Shown: positions 34,793 to 45,092 of the stretch, one piece after another
Layout of the letters: each line of letters starts with the position of its first letter
Numbering within the stretch: the first letter of the stretch is position 1
IMG/VR virus record: IMGVR_UViG_3300022555_000009
DNA: 64,000 nt
Source: a virus
Direction: 5' to 3' (one strand)
The notes under the pieces: generated by a model
Databases searched by the model: none
What the model saw: the letters and a program-made list of their open reading frames with translations, nothing else
What the model was told of the DNA's origin: nothing
Translations under genes and position numbers: made by a program

Positions 34793-37033
34793 GTGCAGCT
34801 ACATTCTGCAGACAAGAATACTGTTCAGACCAATGTTGGTAACTCCCGCGAGTTCACCATCAAGGCGTCTGGTAAGGCGTTCGAGATTCTGTCCGCCAAT
34901 CTGTATAAGGATAAGATTGGCGCCCCGATCCGGGAGCTAGCCTGCAACGCTCTCGACGCGCACGCGATGGCGAAGAACAAGGATCCCATCGTCGTTCATC
35001 TTCCCACTACGTTTGAGCCCTACTTCAGCGTTGAGGACAAGGGCACCGGTATGACTCCTGATCAAATCGAGGACCTATACACTTCGTACTTTTCTTCTTC
35101 CAAGGAGCACAGCAACAACCAGATCGGCGCTCTTGGCCTCGGTTCGAAGTCTCCTTTCGCCTACACCGATACGTTCTCTGTGGACTCGGTCTGCGAGGGC
35201 GTGCATACTTCCTATAGTGCCGTTATCGCAAAGAACGGCACTCCTACAATCATGACTCTGAATTCAAAGCCGAGTGATGCTCACCCCGGCGTGAAGATTA
35301 CTTTTCCTGTCAAGGAGCAGGACTTCCGCACTTTCGTGAATCGCGCTGTGCACATTTTCTGGGCTTTTGACAAGAAGCCTACGTTCATCGGCGCAGTCAA
35401 GACTTACGAGGAGTATGTTAGGTCCGACAAGTCCTCCACCATCTACGAGGGCCGGGGCTGGAAGTTCTACAAGGAGTACCCCTCTTGGTGGAACGGTACT
35501 TCGAATTCGCTCATTAAAATGGGCAATATCCTGTACCCATTCAACCCTCCAGGCGACATCAGAAGTAAGCTCGCGACCAATTATGGTCTGTACCTAGACA
35601 ACAAGTTCATCATTGAGATGAAACTCGGGGAGTGCGATATCGCTCCATCCCGCGAGGAGCTCTCCTACGATGAACTTACCGTCTCTAACATCGAGAGGCG
35701 CCTTCAGATCATCAATGCTGACTTCGATGAGAAGCTTAGGAAGACCTTGGACGAAAGCCCCTCAGAGTGGGTTGCTGCACAGAAAGCTTTCGAGTTTTAC
35801 AACTCGTTCGGCTCCAGAAACTCGTATAAAGATAAAATAGTCACTTATCCTTTCACTTACAAAGGAGCTAATTACAAGTACGGCGAGGCCTTCAAGGTAG
35901 CTTTCCCAGAGAGCTATACTCAGATTACTCCTTTTAGGAGAAGGAGAGTGGCGACTTCTCTCACTGCAATAGCTATCGTCGCCGGTCAAGTTGAACTGAA
36001 GTTGGGCTCAAACGTATTCATTATTCTCGAGCCCAGGAAAGTCATTGACTGGAACTCTGCGAATACTAGGAAGAGGGTCGGCAAGTATATTACTAACAAC
36101 AAAGTATCTACTTCCGGGTTGGTCATTTACGCGATGAGGAGTCTCCCTGAGTCTCTGCGAAAGCAGCTTCATGGAATTCCTGTCGTCAATTACGATGACC
36201 TCCCGAAGAATCCCAACAACAATTACGTTTCAAAGAAATTGAGGGCGTCGAGTACCAAAATAAGGGTGACGAATTGGGAATCGGGACCGGGACCGATTTG
36301 CGAAGAGGAGTCCTCTGAGCTCAGTCAAGACAAAAAGATTTTCATCATCTCCAAGGCCAAGAAGTACTATGTTGATTGGGAAGCCCTCGAGGATGCGAAT
36401 GCCAATGCCGATCTCAAAACGTGTCAGTACCTCCGAAAACCTCTGAATGCGTTCGGAATTAGTTTGGCAAAGGTCTATGTTGTGACCAGCCTTGAGTTTA
36501 AAAGGACTCGATTGGATCTTAGTACCGATTGGATTTCCTTCAAGGATTTCATCGCTCAGAATCTTAAGGTTCTTGATGATAAGTATAAAGAATCTTACAT
36601 AGCGCGGACTAAAAATCATATCCTTAATAATTTCTACAGCCGCCTTTTGAATCAGAAAGACTCCGCTATACAATATATTAAAAGGGGTGTTGGACCCGAC
36701 AGCGACTTCACCAAGAAGTACGATCAGATTGCGCTTTTGGGAAAGATCGACAAGATGACAGAGCAGTATGGTGAACTAAAGAAATGTGTTACCGCGCATA
36801 ACTTGGTCCCTTATACTATCACCTCCAACACAATCGTCGAAAAGGATACCATAGGAATGTATGCTAAGTACCCTATGCTGAAAGTTATGCTGGAAGTTAT
36901 CCGGTACGAGAGCGATCTGGGGAGTGGGACATTACAGGTCCTTGTGACGGAAAAGAATACTTCAAATATAAAATATCTTGATCTAGTCGTTGACTATATT
37001 AAAATGGTAGACACTCGGGTCGTATCCGAGTGA
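34793..37033 (+). CDS. rIIA: rIIA-like protein (GHKL ATPase N-terminus)
   Basis: LYKDKIGAPIRELACNALDA, DKGTG, IGALGLGSKSPFAY and APSREELSY motifs. Confidence 0.88.
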   Translation: MQLHSADKNTVQTNVGNSREFTIKASGKAFEILSANLYKDKIGAPIRELACNALDAHAMAKNKDPIVVHLPTTFEPYFSVEDKGTGMTPDQIEDLYTSYFSSSKEHSNNQIGALGLGSKSPFAYTDTFSVDSVCEGVHTSYSAVIAKNGTPTIMTLNSKPSDAHPGVKITFPVKEQDFRTFVNRAVHIFWAFDKKPTFIGAVKTYEEYVRSDKSSTIYEGRGWKFYKEYPSWWNGTSNSLIKMGNILYPFNPPGDIRSKLATNYGLYLDNKFIIEMKLGECDIAPSREELSYDELTVSNIERRLQIINADFDEKLRKTLDESPSEWVAAQKAFEFYNSFGSRNSYKDKIVTYPFTYKGANYKYGEAFKVAFPESYTQITPFRRRRVATSLTAIAIVAGQVELKLGSNVFIILEPRKVIDWNSANTRKRVGKYITNNKVSTSGLVIYAMRSLPESLRKQLHGIPVVNYDDLPKNPNNNYVSKKLRASSTKIRVTNWESGPGPICEEESSELSQDKKIFIISKAKKYYVDWEALEDANANADLKTCQYLRKPLNAFGISLAKVYVVTSLEFKRTRLDLSTDWISFKDFIAQNLKVLDDKYKESYIARTKNHILNNFYSRLLNQKDSAIQYIKRGVGPDSDFTKKYDQIALLGKIDKMTEQYGELKKCVTAHNLVPYTITSNTIVEKDTIGMYAKYPMLKVMLEVIRYESDLGSGTLQVLVTEKNTSNIKYLDLVVDYIKMVDTRVVSE

Positions 37034-37068
37034 GAAACAAGGTTTCCAACAAAATGGAGGTTGGTACG

Positions 37069-38115
37069 ATGCGTATTCCCTTTGTGACTTCTAATAGTGG
37101 CCTGACGGCCTATGTCGGTGGTGAGGCCAAGATGGTCGCTAAGGACCACATCAAGTATGAGCTGATTCTCAGTAGTCTGCTCAATGACGTTCTTGACGAG
37201 GACTCGTTCAATCTCATGTACGACGCGGCATCGGCTATATTTCAGTTCTCGGATGGCAAAGTCAAGGTCGGGGGCGACAGGCTCTTCTACGACGGTGTCG
37301 AGATGCACAACGCCCTTGTTACGAGGACTATCGATTTAATCAAGAAGAATCAGTCCATTCAGAGCCTCGTCAATTTCATGAACAACCTTGTCGACAATCC
37401 GTCGTTCAGGGCTGTTACAGAGCTCTTTGACTTCCTTGACGCCTGCAGTCTGCCAATCACACCTAGTGGTTGCTTCCTCGCGTATAAGAAGGTTAACGGG
37501 GAGTATAAGTCCATTCACGCGAACCCTGACGGCACGTATCTCGATAACTCGATCGGCAAGGTCGTGGAGATGAGGCGTAATTTGGTCGACGAGAATTCCG
37601 AGCAGACCTGTTCCTCTGGCCTCCACTGTTGTTCCTTCGACTATCTGAAGAACTATGGTGACTCTTCTTGGGATAAGGTCGTTATCGTTCAGGTCAATCC
37701 TCGTGATGTTGTCGCCGTTCCTAAGGATTACGGCAACCAGAAGATGCGCGTGTGCAAGTACGTGGTTGTAGGAGAGATTCCTAACGACCAGGTCACCCAG
37801 CTTAAGGATAAGTACTCCACCTCTGACTACTCCGATGAGGATTACGATGAGGACGAGGATTATGACTGCAATCCTTGCGAGTGCGACGATCCTTGCGATT
37901 GGGTTCCTCCTGTGCCAAAGAATATTCCGCCCAAGACTCTTCCTGCTCCTGTCTCTACAGGAAATTGGATCTGCTCTGATGGTGGATTCGAGGATAAGTA
38001 CGGTAGCTGGACGACTATGGAGTACTACGGCGTTACCAAGAACCAGGCTAAGGCTGCATTCGCAAAGGAATTTGACATCGATTATATCGATGTAAGGGTG
38101 AGGAAGATTCGATAA
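37069..38115 (+). CDS. rIIB: rIIB-like protein
   Basis: NPSFRAVTELFDFL, LPITPSGCFLAYKKV, CSSGLH, VNPRDVVAVP.DY...KMRVCKY. Confidence 0.88.
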   Translation: MRIPFVTSNSGLTAYVGGEAKMVAKDHIKYELILSSLLNDVLDEDSFNLMYDAASAIFQFSDGKVKVGGDRLFYDGVEMHNALVTRTIDLIKKNQSIQSLVNFMNNLVDNPSFRAVTELFDFLDACSLPITPSGCFLAYKKVNGEYKSIHANPDGTYLDNSIGKVVEMRRNLVDENSEQTCSSGLHCCSFDYLKNYGDSSWDKVVIVQVNPRDVVAVPKDYGNQKMRVCKYVVVGEIPNDQVTQLKDKYSTSDYSDEDYDEDEDYDCNPCECDDPCDWVPPVPKNIPPKTLPAPVSTGNWICSDGGFEDKYGSWTTMEYYGVTKNQAKAAFAKEFDIDYIDVRVRKIR

Positions 38116-38396
38116 TGAAGAAGCACGTAATGGTGCTGATGATGGCCCTGCTTATCGTGGGGCCATCATTTGGCAAGGGTGGAAGTTCCGGTGGTCATGC
38201 AGCTAGTGCGCACTCTAGTTTTAGTGCTCACCCCTCTTCGGGCATAAGTTCTAGTCGAAGTTCAAGTATCAGTTCCAGTAAGAGTTCGGGATTCAGCAGC
38301 ACCTCTCACAGCTCTTTTACCGCTACGAGTAGTTCATCTACGAGTAGCGCCTTCACTATGTCATCCCCTTCTAAACAGAACCAGGTGAGTACCTGA
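38115..38396 (+). CDS. Secreted Ser/Gly-rich small protein (possibly truncated)
   Basis: Signal-peptide-like N-terminus followed by low-complexity Ser tract. Confidence 0.4.
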   Translation: MKKHVMVLMMALLIVGPSFGKGGSSGGHAASAHSSFSAHPSSGISSSRSSSISSSKSSGFSSTSHSSFTATSSSSTSSAFTMSSPSKQNQVST

Positions 38397-38637
38397 AAGA
38401 GCACAGGTGTTGTATGAATGGCGGGTGGAGTCTAGGCAAAACGAACTTTGAATGCTCAAAGAGAAACAGAGAAAGCTGCTGGGGATGGGTGTTGAGTCAT
38501 CCTCTTCCTAAAGATAAGTAGAATCAACTAATTCTATATTAAAAGAAAGGAGGTTAACTCATGACGTAGGGCAAATCCAGAAGTCCTCCAAAGTATGTAA
38601 ACAATTTCAATTTTATATAACTCAAAGGAGGCAACAA

Positions 38638-39108
38638 ATGAGTGATACAATTGAGACTACAAGGAATTGGATTGTCGATCGAGATACTTATCTTACGATG
38701 CGTCAAGACCAAATAGCAATCATGGACGACGCCAGGCATAATACCCTGACGGATATATACACGGGCCTTCTCCATACTTGGATGATCTCTCAGTCCGCTC
38801 AAGTAGTGAGATTCATAGAAGGATCCAGGGGTGAAAATCCTCGTTACGCAGATTATCTTGCGAAATATAAGGCGTGGGGAGAGCTGCGACCTAAGCAACC
38901 AATTTTTCTTGGTTGGCCTAGAGAGATGAACATTGTCTACTCTATTATCAGAGGCAAGCCTTACGAAAAGATTGAAGCAAAGGTTAGAGAGCATAACGGT
39001 CCTTCACGGTATGGATTGAAAAAACTCTGTGAATATTACAAGATTGACTACGCCGCTATTGAGGCCCAGATTCAACTAGTGTTTGATTCGCGGAGCCAAG
39101 AATGGTAA
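38638..39108 (+). CDS. Hypothetical protein
   Basis: AAGGAGG RBS; YSIIRGKPYEKIE motif. Confidence 0.6.
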   Translation: MSDTIETTRNWIVDRDTYLTMRQDQIAIMDDARHNTLTDIYTGLLHTWMISQSAQVVRFIEGSRGENPRYADYLAKYKAWGELRPKQPIFLGWPREMNIVYSIIRGKPYEKIEAKVREHNGPSRYGLKKLCEYYKIDYAAIEAQIQLVFDSRSQEW

Positions 39109-39458
39109 AGCAACTGATAGTAGTCAATATGGCTGTACCGATGGGGTTCTCTCAGCTTACGGTACAAATAGCTCACGCTTCTATGCTAGGCATATTACAT
39201 CAGGGATCTTGGGACGACGGTACATTTTGGCTCCAAGCAGATGATAACCCAGAGCTGCAAACTTGGCTCAAAGATCACTTTACATTGATTGTCTGTAAGG
39301 TTTGGGCTAAAGAAGCCATTATGAAGCTTAAAGAGGAAGCGGAGAGCTTAGGTTTAGCTACAGCGGTTATGGAAGACTACGGTATGGTAACTGCTTTATC
39401 AATAGGACCAGCAGAAGAAGATAAGCTAAAATCATTTAAGAGACTGACATTGCTCTGA
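39102..39458 (+). CDS. pth2: Peptidyl-tRNA hydrolase, Pth2 type
   Basis: KQLIVV, QIAHAS, W.....LIV and TALSIGP...LTLL motifs. Confidence 0.8.
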   Translation: MVKQLIVVNMAVPMGFSQLTVQIAHASMLGILHQGSWDDGTFWLQADDNPELQTWLKDHFTLIVCKVWAKEAIMKLKEEAESLGLATAVMEDYGMVTALSIGPAEEDKLKSFKRLTLL

Positions 39459-39489
39459 AAGAATAGGGGGTTCATCAGAACCCCCTCCT

Positions 39490-39560
39490 GTATCCATAGC
39501 CTAGTGGCAAGGTGGGGATCTCTAAAATCCCACACGCGGGTCCGATTCCCGCTGGATGCA
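39490..39560 (+). tRNA. Amber suppressor tRNA (anticodon CTA)
   Basis: GTATCCA/TGGATGC acceptor; GGGAT-CTCTAAA-ATCCC arm. Confidence 0.8.
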
Positions 39561-39561
39561 T

Positions 39562-39927
39562 ATGAAGTATATTTTTGATTTGTATAAGATAGATAAAAGG
39601 TGGTTCTTTGATGACCCGTCGAAAAATATTTATCAAGAAGAATTTATTGACGGCGTACCAGAAATTATAGAAGCATATGTAGGCGATAAAGCAGTCACCG
39701 CTAAAATCATTCTAAATGATTCTGTTCCCGACGATGCCTCTGGAGAAATTCAGTACCACAGCCTTCATTATGCGGGATCTCTAGGGGAATGGACTAGATA
39801 TGAGGATACGGATTTCGATGGCAGCGAGGAGATAGTTTATGGTGAAGGTTGGTTCTGTCCTACCTTCTGGAAGTACTTTTCAAAACCCGCGCCTGAAGTC
39901 CTTTATTTCAGAATCATGGCGATGTAA
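39562..39927 (+). CDS. DUF6717-like protein
   Basis: WFFDD...EEF..G..EII ... GWFCP...KYF..AP.VLY pattern. Confidence 0.55.
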   Translation: MKYIFDLYKIDKRWFFDDPSKNIYQEEFIDGVPEIIEAYVGDKAVTAKIILNDSVPDDASGEIQYHSLHYAGSLGEWTRYEDTDFDGSEEIVYGEGWFCPTFWKYFSKPAPEVLYFRIMAM

Positions 39928-40490
39928 GCATCTCGTGATCAAACACGAGAAAACTAATATAATCACTTGACACACGGCTATCGCCGGTGAGTAATTCCCA
40001 CCCCATCTTCTTTGCTATTAATCTGGAGAACCTCTCATAGAGTAGTAATCGCCCATGATCTTCTCTGGAAGAGAAAAATTCTACTCCGTCGATATCTTGC
40101 TCTTTTCTCTCAAAGAAGAGTGTCACGGCCTCAATGACTGTGTTCATAATGGTTGTGGAGGACTTGCGATCCCCTAGGTCTAGCATAGAATATTTGCCGT
40201 TAGCACTAAAGAAGATTTCCCAGATATTAAATTCAGGCTCTTCCTTATATAGCATCATTTCTAGTAGCTCGGGGTAAACAACTGACTGATAATCTACAAA
40301 CAAACCGAGAAGATCCCTGGGATCCTTTTGAGGTAGAGCTAAAGTCTACCTCAAATACCAGTATTTGATAAGCAAACGGCCCCGTCTCCGGCATAACTGT
40401 AAATGTATACATTTGCTTGAACTTTTCGTCTACTGCCAGCTCTAGATCATCGGCTTTCAACTCACCCATTTCTAATAATTGTTTTAGCAT
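39914..40490 (-). pseudogene. Hypothetical gene with a +1 frameshift near 40342
   Basis: Two overlapping minus-strand ORFs join if one T is removed (FEVD|LALPQKDPRDLLGLFVDY). Confidence 0.5.
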
Positions 40491-40702
40491 CGTATCTAAT
40501 TAGTCAACTAATTATATTATGGATAAGCTATACAATGATTTGAATCCGGTTATGATACGTATTTTACAATTAGACGCCAATTATACAAAATTACCAGCTG
40601 CAAAGAAAGCTATGGAACAAATTGAAACTCGACAAGAGATGGACAAAGTATTCGCGGACTACCTAGGGAGGCATTTCGACGCTTTTGCTTGACTAATTAT
40701 CA

Positions 40703-41038
40703 ATGAGAGCAAGAGATACAAGCACCGACCAAGTAAAGAAACTCATATACTTTTTAGACGAGACTACTGTATTCGTCGTATCAGTGGTATCCATCATTTT
40801 TTCAGATGTGCTACAAAAAAGTATCCAAGGCGGAGTCCTAGTTGCACAAGATTTTAGTCATCTTTCCTGGACAAAGATAATAGTTGCTTCGTTTATTTCT
40901 ATAATATTATATGGAAACACGAACGAGAGCTTCAAGTACAACGATCGCCATAAGCCACCCTTTATGAAAAGAGTGTACAACGCAATCCTACACGGACTAG
41001 CTTGGAAGACAATCATTGGAATCGCGGGAGTTGGATGA
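40703..41038 (+). CDS. Small membrane protein (holin-like)
   Basis: Two to three hydrophobic segments; ACTAATTA upstream. Confidence 0.45.
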   Translation: MRARDTSTDQVKKLIYFLDETTVFVVSVVSIIFSDVLQKSIQGGVLVAQDFSHLSWTKIIVASFISIILYGNTNESFKYNDRHKPPFMKRVYNAILHGLAWKTIIGIAGVG

Positions 41039-41372
41039 TATGGTGGAGTTAGATGAGATCTCATTTTCCTTCCTTGCATTTGACGATAAGAATAGGTTCT
41101 TAGGACTCAGGTCGGCCATAATAGAATTTAGCGCGCCTTGGTGTGGTCCATGTAAAGTCTTGACTCCTCGCCTAGAAGAATTGTCCAGGAAATACCAAGG
41201 TAGAGTAGACATTTATTCCGTAGATGTTGATGCACATCCCGATTTAGCGAGTCGTTTCAATATCTTTTCTATACCGACAATGCTGTTCATACCGCTAAGC
41301 GGGGAGTATAAGATTACTGTGGGTTCAGTAGCAACACAGGCTATTGAAGATTTGATACAAGAAATCCTTTAA
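41039..41372 (+). CDS. Thioredoxin
   Basis: FSAPWCGPCK and SIPT motifs. Confidence 0.9.
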
Positions 41373-41842
41373 GGATACAAAGTATTCATTAGATTAATGA
41401 GTCCTTGTTTATCCGCATCAGTCATCTGATCAAGAGGCTTTAATTTGCCTGCTTCAATTTCCTTGTATCGCGTACTTTCTTTTATAGCTTGAGCAGTCTG
41501 CCCTTGCATGCTAGCCACGTCTTTTCTAACATCTAAATTAGCTTCTTTAAAGTTTCCAGCATGACCCAAAAGAAGATGATGATTATCCGCGGGATGTCCT
41601 TTCTCATCCTCACATAGAGTAATGAGATTTCGATCATCCAACTCAAGTTCAGGTCGTCCGAGAGCTATGACATAATGGAAGGGTATGACATGATGTACTT
41701 GTACTTTTATGTTCTTATCCATAGTGGGCCCACAAGCTTCACAATAAGGGTGTTTTAACAGATGCCTTTTTTCAGCCAATGGCCAGTGAGGGGATCTTTC
41801 GACTCCGGCTTTTTTAATTTCTTCGTTTATTGTTACTGACAT
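41369..41842 (-). CDS. HNH-endonuclease-like protein
   Basis: CEACG, VHHVIP, NLITLCE and HHLLLGH motifs. Confidence 0.75.
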   Translation of the reverse strand: MSVTINEEIKKAGVERSPHWPLAEKRHLLKHPYCEACGPTMDKNIKVQVHHVIPFHYVIALGRPELELDDRNLITLCEDEKGHPADNHHLLLGHAGNFKEANLDVRKDVASMQGQTAQAIKESTRYKEIEAGKLKPLDQMTDADKQGLINLMNTLYP

Positions 41843-41925
41843 ATTAATCTCTTCTTACTAAGTTAGTAAGAGGATACCCAAAAAGGAGGACACAATGTTA
41901 TGTTTTAAGTAAAGGAGCAAACATT

Positions 41926-42219
41926 ATGTCTCGTTCACGAAAGAAGAATTGGTTCGCTAGCGTTAATTCCCGACGGGCAAAAACCTTAGCGAATAGAATC
42001 AATCGGAGACAGCTTATCTTAGCAAGGAATGGCGAAGATGAGAATTATCTCTGTGGCAAAAACACCAAGTATAAGAGGTCCTACGACAGGTGGAATATCA
42101 GAGACTATGGTGGGAGCTGGGGAGTCATTTCTTTCACTCATAATTTTGTAGATAGGAGGGACTCCCCTTACTGGGACGAAAGAAAGAAAAATTGGCACTA
42201 CTTGATGTGGATGAAGTGA
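41926..42219 (+). CDS. Basic hypothetical protein
   Basis: MSRSRKK..K..ANR..R; AAGGAG RBS. Confidence 0.55.
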   Translation: MSRSRKKNWFASVNSRRAKTLANRINRRQLILARNGEDENYLCGKNTKYKRSYDRWNIRDYGGSWGVISFTHNFVDRRDSPYWDERKKNWHYLMWMK

Positions 42220-42566
42220 GGAAAAATATGGAGAGTGGTACTTGTGCTCTGTTGAAGGAGCGATTCCCGGGTCATTATTTTTGGATTATCATGAGTTCTA
42301 AGAAAAGAGACCTCGTGGTAGACGGGAGTATGCCAGGAATACAATGGGAAGTTGCAGAGGAGCCTAACGTTTCTTTATTGGAAGGCGTTGTGACTTCTTT
42401 CGTAGATCAAATCTCTCCGTTGTTGCAAACCTATATTTCTTTTAAGGAGAAGAAACGCGATGTATAAGTTTTTCAAGACAATTGGACTAATTATCAAAGA
42501 TGTCTGGTTTGGCGAAGACTCGCATTCCGCTAATAGATATCGCAACCAAAAGAATTTTCACTTTCC

Positions 42567-42610
42567 TCGCCACATGTGGCTCCCCTAAACTTATATTATA
42601 TACACGTACA
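42567..42610 (+). promoter_or_regulatory. Putative early promoter
   Basis: TCGCCAC-N-CTTATATTATATAC. Confidence 0.6.
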
Positions 42611-42626
42611 AACGCGGAGGACATAA

Positions 42627-43079
42627 ATGCCTAAGAAAGGTCGACCTCTCTCTAAGGACCATAAAAAGAAGATGGCTGACGGGCGAGAGAAAGCGAAGTC
42701 CAAGAAAGTTTTCCAGGAGAAGGAAGTCATAACGATGGCAGGCGAAAAGCCCACCGTTATCATAACTGGCAAGGAAATGAATGGCTTCGACTTTTGGCCT
42801 TGTCTCCGCGATGCGCTTCGACCGATACATCAGTATAGGTCCTGCCGCTTGATCGAACGCGAAATCGCAGATCCCGCTGTGTGGAACAATCTTGACCTCG
42901 TCAAAAGTATGCTCTCCAAGTATGTCGTTCTTCAGGTCGGTCCTACGGTGAAGCCGAAAAAAGCGAAGAAAGAAAAAGAAAAGAAGCCAAAGAAGCCTAT
43001 GTCTGATGAGAGAAAAGCACAACTTGTGTCTCAAATGGCGAAGGCCCGCGCGGCAAAAATCGCTAAAAATACCATATAA
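42627..43079 (+). CDS. Basic hypothetical protein
   Basis: GGAGG RBS; Lys-rich. Confidence 0.6.
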   Translation: MPKKGRPLSKDHKKKMADGREKAKSKKVFQEKEVITMAGEKPTVIITGKEMNGFDFWPCLRDALRPIHQYRSCRLIEREIADPAVWNNLDLVKSMLSKYVVLQVGPTVKPKKAKKEKEKKPKKPMSDERKAQLVSQMAKARAAKIAKNTI

Positions 43080-43102
43080 GTTCTAAAAAATCAGCTTTTT
43101 CT

Positions 43103-43145
43103 TTGCCGCCGACGTTTAATGCGGTCTTATATTATATATGTAAGC
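43103..43145 (+). promoter_or_regulatory. Putative early promoter
   Basis: TTGCCGCCGAC-N-CTTATATTATATATGTAAG. Confidence 0.7.
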
Positions 43146-43179
43146 ACGGAAAACGAAAGAAATACGAGCGGAGGACCGA

Positions 43180-43653
43180 ATGGATATGAAGATGGCGAGG
43201 AAGCTGGCCGAGGTTCTGGACGATGTCTCCGGTAACGGTGATCTTGGCAGGGCCGAAGCGGCCGCAGTCCTCCTTCTTATTGAGGTCAAGCGTCTTGAGA
43301 GGGAACTCGCTCAGAAGAACGATCGCATCGAGGACCTTTCAGAAAAGGTTGCTCGCGCCCGATACGCAATAAACGCAATAAAGGTTGCGGTTCCAGTTCG
43401 AACTCCCGAGCAGTGTGCACTCGATTTCAGTAAGCAGGTCTATGAGGATCTTTGCAGGCGATACCCTTCCGGCACCGTACCCATGGAGGTTTTCAATCGT
43501 CTCGAGAACCAGATTCGTCCGTACATGCGTTCAAAGGGTCTCCGGGTCATCTATCGCGGTCCGCGCAAATCAAATAACGTCCATTCGTGGTCGAAGCCTT
43601 CAATGACTAGGCGCTGTGATGCGACTGGCGCGAGCATCGTTTACTCGAAGTAA
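43180..43653 (+). CDS. Hypothetical early protein
   Basis: GGAGG RBS. Confidence 0.6.
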   Translation: MDMKMARKLAEVLDDVSGNGDLGRAEAAAVLLLIEVKRLERELAQKNDRIEDLSEKVARARYAINAIKVAVPVRTPEQCALDFSKQVYEDLCRRYPSGTVPMEVFNRLENQIRPYMRSKGLRVIYRGPRKSNNVHSWSKPSMTRRCDATGASIVYSK

Positions 43654-43664
43654 GGGAGAGATAC

Positions 43665-43865
43665 GTGCTGACTAAGCTTGACAAGCGCACTGGACGCAGA
43701 GTTGTCATCGAGGATGGAAGTGTCTTCAGTATGACTCGCATAACTTGTTTCTGCGGCTCCGAGTTCGATCTTATTTCCGAGTGTTCTTGTCCCCGGTGCG
43801 GGGAACGGTTTAATATCTTCGGACAGAATCTCAAGTCCGATGAAGACTACGATGAGGACTACTAA
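43665..43865 (+). CDS. Small Zn-ribbon protein
   Basis: CFCG and CPRCG motifs. Confidence 0.55.
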   Translation: MLTKLDKRTGRRVVIEDGSVFSMTRITCFCGSEFDLISECSCPRCGERFNIFGQNLKSDEDYDEDY

Positions 43866-44506
43866 GATGAAGGAAGAGAAAGACATCACGATATGGCGGG
43901 CGGCTCTGGAGCTTATCTCTTTCTTGTTTTGTGTGCTCGTCATCTTCTCATTCGCACTATTTAGGTAATAGAAAAATTGTCTATCACAGTGACGCTCCGA
44001 CCGTGCAGGAAGGAGATGATGGTTTCCCCATAAGGAAGGCCCAGCCAAAGTAGCTCTTCTGCAAAATGGTTCACCGTGATAGATTGTTTTAAGTTGGAGA
44101 TTTTACATCGAAGCCTAGGCTAACGCCCATCAGGCAGAGCGATCTGATTTTGACGAATCGACGTCAAGAGCTTTGGTGCGAAATCTTCAAACTAGGTCCC
44201 CGTTACACTTGCTGTGGTTACACTTGCTGTGTGGCGGAGAGCAGGACTAATCACCCTGGGGCCTGGGAGGCTGATTACCTCATGAAGCGGTCTTGGTTTC
44301 CCACTTCCCGTTCTGCGCAGAAGAATGGAAAGTGGCTGAAAATACTTTGAGGCTTAGTAATCTTGTTGTGTATATCGGTACCGTAGTGCACGACCGGGTG
44401 ATAGGTGGAAATGCTGAGAAGTCGACCAGCCTAAGCCTCTGAGTATTTTCAAAGGGTAAGACGTAAAGGAGGTATCCGGGTTCAAATCCCGGGGAATAAC
44501 ACATAG

Positions 44507-44590
44507 GGGAGATTAGTGTAAGGGCAGCACGGAGGATTATGGCCTGTCTAGACGTCCACCTCCAGAGCCGGTTCGAATCCGGCACTCCCA
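44507..44590 (+). tRNA. Atypical tRNA-like RNA with enlarged anticodon arm
   Basis: D-arm GTGT/GCAC, T-arm GCCGG-TTCGAAT-CCGGC, GGAGG/CCTCC stem enclosing ~23 nt. Confidence 0.5.
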
Positions 44591-44686
44591 CATTAGACGG
44601 GTCTTATTTTCTATCCCTGGCAGGAAAAGGAGATGAGTATCGTCCTACTTTAGTTCAGAGACATGCCAGTGTTGAGAACGGAGCAG

Positions 44687-44757
44687 ATTCGCTTATTGTT
44701 AATGGTAGCAAACCTCCGGTTCAGGGGGTAGAGCAGGTTCGATTCCTGCAGCGAATA
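44687..44757 (+). tRNA. Atypical tRNA, anticodon unassignable (loop GGTTCA)
   Basis: ATTCGCT/AGCGAAT acceptor, D- and T-arms present. Confidence 0.5.
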
Positions 44758-44769
44758 GAGATTACTTAC

Positions 44770-45006
44770 ATGACTGAGAAAGAAAAGAATATTCAGTTGA
44801 AAAAAATCCGCGCTAAGATAGCCAATCTTACCGAGGCGTATGAGAAGTCTGTAGGCTCCTTAGAAGATCAGCTTTATACCCTCGAGGCTGTGGTGACCGA
44901 AGAAGAAAAAGTCAGGATAGAACTTGCTGGGGTCGCCGAGGCCTACTATGATGAAGTGAAGTGGCGAAAGCACGTCGAAGAAAACCAGATTCATAATCTT
45001 TGTTAA
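44770..45006 (+). CDS. Hypothetical coiled-coil protein
   Basis: Start moved to the ATG after the tRNA. Confidence 0.45.
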   Translation: MTEKEKNIQLKKIRAKIANLTEAYEKSVGSLEDQLYTLEAVVTEEEKVRIELAGVAEAYYDEVKWRKHVEENQIHNLC

Positions 45007-45016
45007 CATTATTTTT

Positions 45017-45090
45017 GGCCTTATAGTATAACTGGATAGTACGGCAGTTTCCTAAACTGTCAAGTGGGGGTTCGAGTCCTCTTAGGGCTA
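45017..45090 (+). tRNA. tRNA-Arg(CCT)
   Basis: Cloverleaf; TT-CCT-AA loop. Confidence 0.88.
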
Positions 45091-45092
45091 TT

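Noticed and set aside
44539-44769. N-terminal half of the 155-aa ORF 44539-45006 and other ORF-track calls over tRNAs (31114-31347, 33596 start, 22340-22570)
   Set aside because: They overlap clear tRNA genes; spurious extensions
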